64,000 nt of DNA from positions 1-64,000 of the forward strand of contig JAYZFK010000034.1 of NCBI GenBank assembly GCA_036336835.1, in the 5' to 3' direction. Every line of letters starts with the position of its first letter. The first letter of the stretch is position 1. This DNA is from Myxococcota bacterium (GTDB lineage Bacteria; Myxococcota_A; UBA9160; UBA4427). Of this stretch, positions 1-7,654 are shown piece by piece. The translations under genes and the position numbers were made by a program. The notes under the pieces were generated by a model. That model was not told the origin of the DNA. It did no database searches and saw nothing but the letters and a program-made list of their open reading frames with translations.

Positions 1-411
1 CAGCAGGATGTCCTCGCACAGCAGCTTGTTCATCCCGTAGCCGTTCTGATCGGGGCCGCGATCGACAGGGTGACCTTCGGTGATCGGGAGCAGGTCGGAC
101 GGCGCGTAGATCACCGTCGAGCTCGCAAACAGGTAGTGCGCAGTTCGGCCCCGGAACAGCTCGACCATCAGCTCGACGTCCTGCGGCGTGTAGCCGCTGA
201 TGTCGTACACAGCGTCGTACTCGAGGCCGCCGAGTGCCTGGCGCATCGCCGCGTGGTCGGTCCGGTCGCAGGCGATCCGCTCGACTCCGTGCGGTAGCTG
301 TGCCGCGCGCTTCCCCCGGTTGCAGACCGTCACGTGATGGCCGGTCTTGGCGAGCTCCCGCACCAGGGAGAGCCCGTTGAAACTCGTCCCGCCCATCACC
401 AGGACCTTCAT
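1..411 (-). CDS. NAD-dependent epimerase/dehydratase (atypical SDR), N-terminal part; runs off the window edge
   Basis: Manual translation from ATG at 411: MKVLVMGGTSFNGLSLVRELAKTGHHVTVCNRG...YLFASSTVIY...YGMNKLLCE. Shows a Rossmann glycine-rich loop and YxxxK. Not in the ORF track because it has no stop in the window. Confidence 0.85.
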   Translation of the reverse strand, partial: MKVLVMGGTSFNGLSLVRELAKTGHHVTVCNRGKRAAQLPHGVERIACDRTDHAAMRQALGGLEYDAVYDISGYTPQDVELMVELFRGRTAHYLFASSTVIYAPSDLLPITEGHPVDRGPDQNGYGMNKLLCEDILL

Positions 412-421
412 GCGACCGTCC

Positions 422-889
422 TCACTTGCGCTTCGCCTGCTTCGCGCACTCGTCGCGCCGCTCGAGGTAGCCCGTCACCATTTTTCCGAACGCCCGTGGG
501 TTGTAGATGTCCTCTTCGTACGAGAACAGGCCCTCGCCGGCGTACTTCAGCAGCGTGAAGTTGTACTCCTGGTGCAGGCTGCCGTCGCCCGGATCCTTGA
601 AGCGGTTGAAGACCTTGCAGACGATCCAACCCTTCTCCTCGTCGATGATGGACCAGTCCATCGGGAAGTGAATCATCTCGTCGTTCGGAGGCGTGTGCAT
701 CGTCTTCTGGATCCAGTTGTAGATCGCCTCGCGGCCACCGAAGGTGCCGTAGAGGTGCTCGACGTAGGTCGCATCTTCGGTGAACAGGTCGGCCCAGCCA
801 CGCCAGTCGCCGGACGTCCCGGCCTTCAGTGCCGTCTGTTGATAGTGGTCGAACGCCTCTTCGAGCTCCTGCCGACTCCAGCGACCCAT
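422..889 (-). CDS. SnoaL-like / NTF2-family protein
   Basis: 155 aa; WADLFTEDATYVEH...GREAI motif typical of the SnoaL/NTF2 fold; GGGAGG RBS upstream. Confidence 0.8.
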   Translation of the reverse strand: MGRWSRQELEEAFDHYQQTALKAGTSGDWRGWADLFTEDATYVEHLYGTFGGREAIYNWIQKTMHTPPNDEMIHFPMDWSIIDEEKGWIVCKVFNRFKDPGDGSLHQEYNFTLLKYAGEGLFSYEEDIYNPRAFGKMVTGYLERRDECAKQAKRK

Positions 890-922
890 GCATTTCCTCC
901 CAGTATTTCGGAGGCGCGCAGT

Positions 923-1138
923 CTATCGCGCGGGCGGCAGCTCGGGGAAGTCGATCTCGTCCAGGATCGCTCGCTTCGCCGGGAACGGATCGGCGACGAT
1001 GCGCAGCGTCATGTCTTCGCGCAACGCGTAGCGCGCGCAGTCTCCCAGCTCGCCGCAGCCACTCTCGCGACCATCCCCGACACGTCCCGAGCCGCTGTCG
1101 AGCTGCGGGGACGCGGCCTCCTCACAGCGGTGCGCCAC
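923..1138 (-). CDS. possible small hypothetical protein (71 aa) or gene remnant
   Basis: GTG at 1138 with AAGGGGG upstream; the C-terminal half has coding-like GC-rich third positions; fills an otherwise empty gap. Confidence 0.3.
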   Translation of the reverse strand: MAHRCEEAASPQLDSGSGRVGDGRESGCGELGDCARYALREDMTLRIVADPFPAKRAILDEIDFPELPPAR

Positions 1139-1225
1139 AGCACCCCCTTGGCGTCGGTCCCTCCAGCCCCGACACTGCGGCGAGCACACGCGACGGCCCG
1201 CACGTCGCGGGCGCGGGAGCCGACG

Positions 1226-2794
1226 ATGAGAACCCTTGCCGAGACGATCTCTGCCCACGCCGCCGAGCGGCCCGATGCGATCGCCTTCCACGGTGACGAC
1301 GCCGCGATGAGCTGGGCCGAGTACGCGGCGCGCTCGGACCGGCTGGCGAGCCTGCTCGCGGAACTCGACCTCGCGCGCGGCGATCGCGTGGCGGTGGTAC
1401 TGCCCGACGGCCCCGGAGTGCACGCAGCATTCGTCGGCATCGAGAAGGCGGGCCTGGTCACGATGGGGATCGGGCCCCGCGCGGGGCGCGCCGAGCTGGT
1501 CCACCTGCTGCGGCGGAGCGGCGCCTGCGCGCTGATCAGTCGCGAGCGCTACCGCGAGCTCGACATGGCGCAGTTCGTCGACGAGGTGCGCGCAGAGGGA
1601 GTGATGCTCCGGCACCACGTCGTCACGACCGGCGAGCTCGACGTCGACGCGCCCCTGCTGGTCGACGGAGCGCCGCGCGAGCCCGCGGCCTCGAGCGTCC
1701 CGCGCGAGCGCTGGGCCGCGGTCGACGACATCTTCCTGCTGAACTCGACCTCGGGCACCACGGGCATGCCCAAGTGCGTGAGTCACGACCAGTCGCGCTG
1801 GATCCACTTCCACGAGCTGGCGGTCGAGGCCGGCGGCTTCAGCGGCGACGACGTGTTCCTGAGCGTGATTCCCGCACCGTTCGGCTTCGGGCTGTGGACG
1901 GCGCACTTCACCCCCACCCTGCTCGGAGTCCCCTGCGTCGTGACCGCGCGCTTCACGCCGGAGTGGATGATCGAGACGATCGAGCGCCATCGGGTGACGG
2001 TACTCGCGGCGGTGAGCACCCAGTTCGTGATGCTGCTCGGCTCCGAGGCCCTACCGAAGCACGACCTGGGCTCGCTCCGCGCGCTGTTCACCGGCGGCGA
2101 GGCGGTGCCGTACGAACGCGCGGCCGAGTTCGAGGAGCGCACCGGTGCCAGCGTGCTCCAGTTCTACGGGTCGAACGAGACAGGTGCGCTGTCGCGCACG
2201 ACGCTCGACGACCCGCGCGAGCGACGCCTGCGAACGGCCGGCCGCACCATCGAGTCGATGCAGGTGCGGCTGTACGACGAAGCGGGCAACGACGTGACAG
2301 CGAGCGGGCGCGGGCAACCCGCCTGCAAGGGCCCGATCCTCTCGCGCGGCTACTGGAACGACGACGACGCGAACGCGGCGCTCTACACCGACGACGGCTG
2401 GATGCTGACCGGCGACATTGCCACGCTCGACGACGAGGGCTACCTGACGATCGTCGGACGCAGCGGCGATTTCATCATCCGCGGGGGCAAGAACATCAGC
2501 GCCCCGGCGGTCGAGCGCTACGTCGGCACGCATCCCGACGTCACGGTTGCTGCGGCCGTCGCCATGCCCGATCCAGTCTTCGGTGAGAAAGTCTGCGTCT
2601 ACGCCGAGCTTCGCGCGGGGGCCAGCCTGACCCTGGAGGCCCTGGTGGCGCACCTCCGGAAGCGGGACGTCTCCAACGAGAGCCTTCCCGAACGACTCAT
2701 CATCCTCGACGAGCTGCCCCGCTCCTCGGGCGGCAAGGTCGCCAAGGCCCAGCTGCGAGAGGACATTCGCAGCCGCATCCCGGGACAGAGCTGA
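1226..2794 (+). CDS. acyl-CoA synthetase / AMP-binding enzyme (FadK / cyclohexanecarboxylate-CoA ligase-like)
   Basis: NSTSGTTGMPK P-loop, YGSNE, TGD, GGKNI and SSGGKV motifs. Start trimmed to ATG 1226 (GGGAG RBS); the upstream part of ORF 347..2794 is a shadow of the opposite-strand genes. Confidence 0.92.
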   Translation: MRTLAETISAHAAERPDAIAFHGDDAAMSWAEYAARSDRLASLLAELDLARGDRVAVVLPDGPGVHAAFVGIEKAGLVTMGIGPRAGRAELVHLLRRSGACALISRERYRELDMAQFVDEVRAEGVMLRHHVVTTGELDVDAPLLVDGAPREPAASSVPRERWAAVDDIFLLNSTSGTTGMPKCVSHDQSRWIHFHELAVEAGGFSGDDVFLSVIPAPFGFGLWTAHFTPTLLGVPCVVTARFTPEWMIETIERHRVTVLAAVSTQFVMLLGSEALPKHDLGSLRALFTGGEAVPYERAAEFEERTGASVLQFYGSNETGALSRTTLDDPRERRLRTAGRTIESMQVRLYDEAGNDVTASGRGQPACKGPILSRGYWNDDDANAALYTDDGWMLTGDIATLDDEGYLTIVGRSGDFIIRGGKNISAPAVERYVGTHPDVTVAAAVAMPDPVFGEKVCVYAELRAGASLTLEALVAHLRKRDVSNESLPERLIILDELPRSSGGKVAKAQLREDIRSRIPGQS

Positions 2795-2809
2795 TCCCGT
2801 GCCCGAGTC

Positions 2810-4531
2810 TCAGCCGACGGCGACCCCGCTGAAGAACTCTTCGGTGGGCTCGACGAGCAGCGTGTAGGTCTGCTCGGCGATGGCGGAGGGGACGTCGTAG
2901 ACGATCTTCGTGGGTCCGACACCGTCGGTCTTCATGCAGTCGGGCATCACGTCGTCTCCGTCCTTCCAGCCTGCGCGACGGTTGAACTCCCACTCGTCGA
3001 CGAGACACTGCCAGGTCATCTCGAGGAATTTTTCGCGGCTGATTTCCTCGCCGAAGAAGGCCTCGTAGAACTCGCGGATCTTCTCCAGGGGCAGCATCAG
3101 GAACATGCAGAAGCCGGAGGAATCGACGCCGGCGTTGACCAGCTGGGATGCCTGCGACAGCCGCGGCATCTCCTCCTGCGCCGCGCCCGGGTTCACCACC
3201 AGGCCGGCGGTGTGATCGGCACCCATCGCACTGGTGCAGTAGCTGACTCCCGTCGCCTTGAGCGGCCGCGGATCCCAGGCCGGGATCGCCTGCCCCCTCA
3301 CGGTCGGCACCCGGTGGTGCCCCGTTGCACTGCCGACGCTATCGGCGCCGTTGCCGATCATGGCGCCGCGCTCCGTGCCTTTGGCCACCTCGGCGATCAG
3401 CGCCTTCATCCCCTCGCTGTCTCCCCACTCCATGCCACCCGAGTCCATCAGGACGCCGATGGCAGCGCCGGTCTCGATCGTATCCAGACCGACCTCGTCG
3501 CACAGACGGTCGAGCTCGGCGACCTTGTCCCAGGTATCGACCGCACAGTTGGCACCGAGCAGCGTCAGCGTCTCGAACTCGAGCGCGCTCGTCTTGTAGT
3601 TGCCATCGGGGTCGTGGACGATATTGCTGCACGATACGATGCAGCCGGTCATGCAGTTGTGCATGCCACCGCCGCGCTCCTCGAAGCTCGCCAGGATCCC
3701 CGTGCCGGTCAGAGTCGGCGCGTCGGGCGACTGCCCGTCGATCCTGTTCTTGTACGGGAACGTGTGCATCGCGTTGGCCATGTCGACCGACGGACTGGTG
3801 CCGTACTGCATCGGCTGCGGGCCGGCGAGATACTCCTTGCTGTTCCCCTTGCAGAGCCGGGTGAATTCCTTCTTGTTCGCGCCTTGTCGCGCCCGTGCCT
3901 TGCCGGCGTCGACCGCGACATACTTGAGGCCCTTGGAGCCCATCACCGCACCCAGCCCGCCGCGCGCCGCGTGGCGCGCGGGGCGGCGCTCCTGATCCCC
4001 ATCCGTACACGCCACCGACGCCCCCTTCATCAGGCGCTCGCCAGCCGGCCCGATCGAGACGAAGGAAGCCGTGGCCGAGTAGCTCTCGGCGAGCCGCTCG
4101 ATCAGCGTGTAGTTCCACACATCCTTGCACTCCGGCACGGGCTTGAGCGACGCGCCTTCCGCGGTCACGTCGAGCGCCCAGCGCTGGTCGGAGTCGGCCG
4201 GCTGTCCCTTCACGACGATCACGCGGTAGCCGAGCTTCATCATGTCCTGCGCGGGATTGCCTCCGGCGTTCGCCTCCTTGATGCCGCCGGTCAGCGGGCT
4301 CTTGCCGCCCACCGACATGCGGCCGGAGGTCGGCGCGGCCGTGCCCGAGAGCACACCGGGCGCGAGCACGAAGACGTTGTCGGGTCCGAGCGGATCGCAG
4401 GTGGGATCGCACTCCTCGAGCAGAATGCGCGCCGAGAGCGAGCGTCCGCCGAGTAGCCTCCAGGCCTCGGGAAAGTCCTCGACGCTGGCGGTCTGGGTCG
4501 TCATGTCCACACGGATCATCTTGTCGCCCAC
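2810..4531 (-). CDS. aldehyde:ferredoxin oxidoreductase family protein (W/Mo-bis-pterin, 4Fe-4S)
   Basis: KSPLTGGIKEANAGG, AARGGLGAVMGSKGLK, CMTGCIVSC, LEFET, DEVGLDTI and GADHT motifs; GTG start preceded by GGAGGAG. Confidence 0.92.
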   Translation of the reverse strand: MGDKMIRVDMTTQTASVEDFPEAWRLLGGRSLSARILLEECDPTCDPLGPDNVFVLAPGVLSGTAAPTSGRMSVGGKSPLTGGIKEANAGGNPAQDMMKLGYRVIVVKGQPADSDQRWALDVTAEGASLKPVPECKDVWNYTLIERLAESYSATASFVSIGPAGERLMKGASVACTDGDQERRPARHAARGGLGAVMGSKGLKYVAVDAGKARARQGANKKEFTRLCKGNSKEYLAGPQPMQYGTSPSVDMANAMHTFPYKNRIDGQSPDAPTLTGTGILASFEERGGGMHNCMTGCIVSCSNIVHDPDGNYKTSALEFETLTLLGANCAVDTWDKVAELDRLCDEVGLDTIETGAAIGVLMDSGGMEWGDSEGMKALIAEVAKGTERGAMIGNGADSVGSATGHHRVPTVRGQAIPAWDPRPLKATGVSYCTSAMGADHTAGLVVNPGAAQEEMPRLSQASQLVNAGVDSSGFCMFLMLPLEKIREFYEAFFGEEISREKFLEMTWQCLVDEWEFNRRAGWKDGDDVMPDCMKTDGVGPTKIVYDVPSAIAEQTYTLLVEPTEEFFSGVAVG

Positions 4532-4576
4532 GGTACGCTCCTCCTGCCGCCCTCCGGGCCGGCTCATGGACTGCCG

Positions 4577-4606
4577 ATCATGAATCGACGGCAGCCTGCC
4601 GTCAAT
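4577..4606 (-). promoter_or_regulatory. sigma70-type promoter for the AOR gene, overlapped by a palindromic operator candidate
   Basis: The minus strand reads TTGACG-N17-CATGAT (4605-4577). Inverted repeat GACGGCAG-C-CTGCCGTC at 4587-4603. Confidence 0.55.
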
Positions 4607-4709
4607 CGCCACGTGGCCCCCGGCCCGGCCCCTGCCCGGCCCGTCGTGGCACCGGTTGACGCTGGTCGGGAGGTCTGCGACAACGACTGGACACCGCCGG
4701 GAGGCCCGC

Positions 4710-5252
4710 ATGGAACCCCACGTCACGCACTACTCGATCATGCCGATCCCGCCGGTAGAGGAGCAGACGAGCTACTTCGAGGCTGGGCCCATCACGATCG
4801 GCGTCGAATACCGGCTGCTCAACGACGCAATCGGCGCCCGCCACCTCGACGCCAACTCCCCCGACATGCAGGGCGTCGAGGGAATCGACGACCGCGGCGT
4901 CTCGCTGCACGTCTTCGCCCGCCACACCGACGGCGAGCCCACCGAGCATCTGCGCTTCGACTGCTTCGACGAGGACCCGCACTACCACTACATCGACTGG
5001 CAGGGCGAAGCGAACGACATGGTCCATGTCGACACGGTCGCCGACGGCGACCCGCTCGCCTGGGCGCTCGACCGCATCCGCACGCGGCTCGCGCAGATGC
5101 TCGAACGCGCCGGTGCCGGCGACGTCGCGATCGACAGCGCAGCACTCGAGGCGATCCTGCCGCGCGTGAGTGAGGCGGCCTACCGCGCTCGCTACGAGCA
5201 CGATGACGCCGCGACTTTGAAGGGTGCCCTGGGTGGCGGCACGGGCGCGTGA
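4710..5252 (+). CDS. hypothetical protein (acidic, His/Cys motif LRFDCFDEDPHYHY)
   Basis: ATG 4710 with GGGAGG RBS; 4-nt overlap with the downstream amidohydrolase; coding-like codon usage. Confidence 0.75.
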   Translation: MEPHVTHYSIMPIPPVEEQTSYFEAGPITIGVEYRLLNDAIGARHLDANSPDMQGVEGIDDRGVSLHVFARHTDGEPTEHLRFDCFDEDPHYHYIDWQGEANDMVHVDTVADGDPLAWALDRIRTRLAQMLERAGAGDVAIDSAALEAILPRVSEAAYRARYEHDDAATLKGALGGGTGA

Positions 5253-6742
5253 ACCGCGTTGCGCGACGCCGCTCCCGCTCGACAGAGATCCGCGAGCGGC
5301 TCAGTCACCCGGTCGTCGACGCCGACGGCCACTACATCGAGAGCGCACCCGTCTTCAAGCACTTCCTTCGCGACTACGTGAGCGAGATCGCCGGCGGCGA
5401 TCTGGCGAAGCGTTTCGACCAGGCCGGGGGCATGGACTACGACGAGATGGTGCTGCGGCCGTGGGGTGCGTTGTCGTGGGACGAGCGCCGCGCCGCCTGG
5501 CACACGCGCCCGCCCTGGTGGACCCACCCGACCCGCAACACCCTCGACCGCGCGACCGCTCAGCTGCCCGGGCTGATGTACGACCGCCTCGACGAGTTCG
5601 GGATCGACTTCTGCGTGCTGTACGGAAGTCGCACACTCACCACCACCGCCATCAAGGATGACGAGGTCCGACAGGTCGCCTGCCGCGCCCTGAACGCCTA
5701 TCACGCCGACATCTACGCCCCGTTCCAGGATCGCATGACCCCAGCGGCACAGATCCCGACCCATACGCCCGACGAAGCCATCGCCGAGCTCGAGCACGCC
5801 GTCGGCGAGCTGGGCTTTCGCGCCATCATGATCAACGGGCTCGTGCACCGCCCCATCGCCGGGGAGGCCGGGGCGGCCGATCCGAACCAGCCGAACTGGG
5901 GCTCGGGCTCGGGCGAGCGGATCGACGGCCTCGCGCTCGACAGCGCCTACGACTACGACCCGTTCTGGCAGCGCTGCCTCGAGCTCGGCGTGGCCCCGGC
6001 CTCGCACACGCCCGGCATGGGCTGGGGAAGCCGTCGCTCGGTCTCGAACTACATGTACAACCACATCGGCTCGTTCGGCGCGAGCATGGACGCATTCTGC
6101 AAGAGCGTCTTCTTCGGCGGTGTCACCTACCGCTTTCCGCAGCTGGTCTTCGGGCTGCTGGAAGGCGGCGTCGGCTGGGCGTGCTCGCTGTTCGCGGACA
6201 TCCTGGGCCACTGGAGCAAGCGCAACCGCGACACGATCGCGCACCTCGACCCCGCCGCACTCGACGTCGATCGGCTGATCGAGCTGTACGGCGAGTACGG
6301 AACGCCGCGGATGAAGGCGCATCTCGACGAGATGCGCGCGTTCTTCTCGCAACTCGAGCCCGAGCCGCCCACCCTAGACGAGTGGCAGGCGATCGGCATC
6401 GAGACCGAGCCCGACATCCGCGCGCGCTTCGAGCCCCACTTCTACTTTGGCTGCGAAGCCGACGACCCGATGGTCGCCTGGGCCTTCGACGCGAAGGTCA
6501 ATCCGCTCGGTGCGAAGCTGCGCGCGATGTTCAGCTCGGACATGGGCCACTGGGACGTACCCGACATGTCGGACGTTCTCGGAGAGGCCCACGAGCTGGT
6601 CGAACGAGGGCTGATCGACGACGAAGCCTTCCGCGACTTCGTATTCACCAATCCGGTCCGGTTCTACACGTCGCTGAACCCGAACTTCTTCGATGGAACG
6701 CCGGTCGAGGACGAAGCGCGCCGCGTGGTGGAGGAGTCGTGA
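5249..6742 (+). CDS. amidohydrolase family protein (Amidohydro_2-type)
   Basis: VVDADGH metal-binding motif, LEGGVGW, FSSDMGHWD. Confidence 0.88.
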   Translation: MNRVARRRSRSTEIRERLSHPVVDADGHYIESAPVFKHFLRDYVSEIAGGDLAKRFDQAGGMDYDEMVLRPWGALSWDERRAAWHTRPPWWTHPTRNTLDRATAQLPGLMYDRLDEFGIDFCVLYGSRTLTTTAIKDDEVRQVACRALNAYHADIYAPFQDRMTPAAQIPTHTPDEAIAELEHAVGELGFRAIMINGLVHRPIAGEAGAADPNQPNWGSGSGERIDGLALDSAYDYDPFWQRCLELGVAPASHTPGMGWGSRRSVSNYMYNHIGSFGASMDAFCKSVFFGGVTYRFPQLVFGLLEGGVGWACSLFADILGHWSKRNRDTIAHLDPAALDVDRLIELYGEYGTPRMKAHLDEMRAFFSQLEPEPPTLDEWQAIGIETEPDIRARFEPHFYFGCEADDPMVAWAFDAKVNPLGAKLRAMFSSDMGHWDVPDMSDVLGEAHELVERGLIDDEAFRDFVFTNPVRFYTSLNPNFFDGTPVEDEARRVVEES

Positions 6743-7617
6743 CGAGCCGCATCGACCCCACGAGCGGCCAGCCGCTGACCGGTCGCGTCGCCATCGTCAC
6801 GGGAGCCAGCCGAGGCATCGGCAAGGGCTGCGCCGTCGAGCTCGCCGCGGCGGGTGCCACCGTCTACGTCACGGGGCGGACGGTCACCGAGGGCGCATCG
6901 CCGCTGCCCGGGACCATCGGTACAACTGCTCGCGAGGTCGACGAGGCCGGCGGCAGCGGCATTGCCATCGCCTGCGATCACCGCGACGACGACCAGGTCG
7001 CGGCCCTGTTCGACCGGGTCGAGCGGGACCACGGGCGGCTCGACGTCCTGGTGAACAACGCGCTGCTGATGCCGCGCGAGATGGTGAACGGCCGCCCCTT
7101 CTACGAGAATCCGCTCTCCAACTGGGACGATCTGATCGACGTCGGCACGCGCTCGGCCTACGCCGCGACCTGGTTCGCCGCGCGCCAGTTCATGGTGAAG
7201 CAGGGCGACGGGCTGATCGTGAACATCTCGTCGTCGGGCGCGGCAAAGTACGCCTGGAACGTCGCCTACGGCGTCGGGAAGGCGGCGCTCGACCGCATCA
7301 CGAGCGATACGGCGCACGAGCTCCGCGAGTCCGGCATCACGATCGTCTCGCTGTGGCCTGGGCTGGTCCTGACCGAACGCACCGCAAAGCTGCGCAAAGC
7401 CGGCGGGCTCGACTTCTCGCGCGCCGAGTCGCAGCGCTTCACCGGGCGTGCAGTCGCCGCGTTGGCTGCCGATCCGGAGCGGCACCGCCATCACGGACAG
7501 ACGCGGACCTCACGCGATCTCGCGGAGGCCTACGGGTACACGGACGTCGACGGCGGCCTGCCCGACGGGCCTCTGTCAGAGCGACCGGACGGCATCCCCG
7601 ACGTCGAGGTCGGCTGA
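6739..7617 (+). CDS. SDR family oxidoreductase (DHRS1-like)
   Basis: TGASRGIG, NNA and YGVGK motifs; GTG 6739 overlaps the upstream stop, GGAGGAG RBS. Confidence 0.9.
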   Translation: MTSRIDPTSGQPLTGRVAIVTGASRGIGKGCAVELAAAGATVYVTGRTVTEGASPLPGTIGTTAREVDEAGGSGIAIACDHRDDDQVAALFDRVERDHGRLDVLVNNALLMPREMVNGRPFYENPLSNWDDLIDVGTRSAYAATWFAARQFMVKQGDGLIVNISSSGAAKYAWNVAYGVGKAALDRITSDTAHELRESGITIVSLWPGLVLTERTAKLRKAGGLDFSRAESQRFTGRAVAALAADPERHRHHGQTRTSRDLAEAYGYTDVDGGLPDGPLSERPDGIPDVEVG

Positions 7618-7654
7618 CACGGAGTCGCCCGACAGAAGGCTATCCTGCGGGGCC

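Noticed and set aside
347..1225. Apparent N-terminal extension making an 815-aa acyl-CoA synthetase fusion (likewise the extensions of ORFs 58646..61708, 60748..63003, 18692..21547, 23222..24853)
   Set aside because: The extensions overlap real genes in other frames; internal starts with RBS or stop-start overlaps give normal-length proteins.
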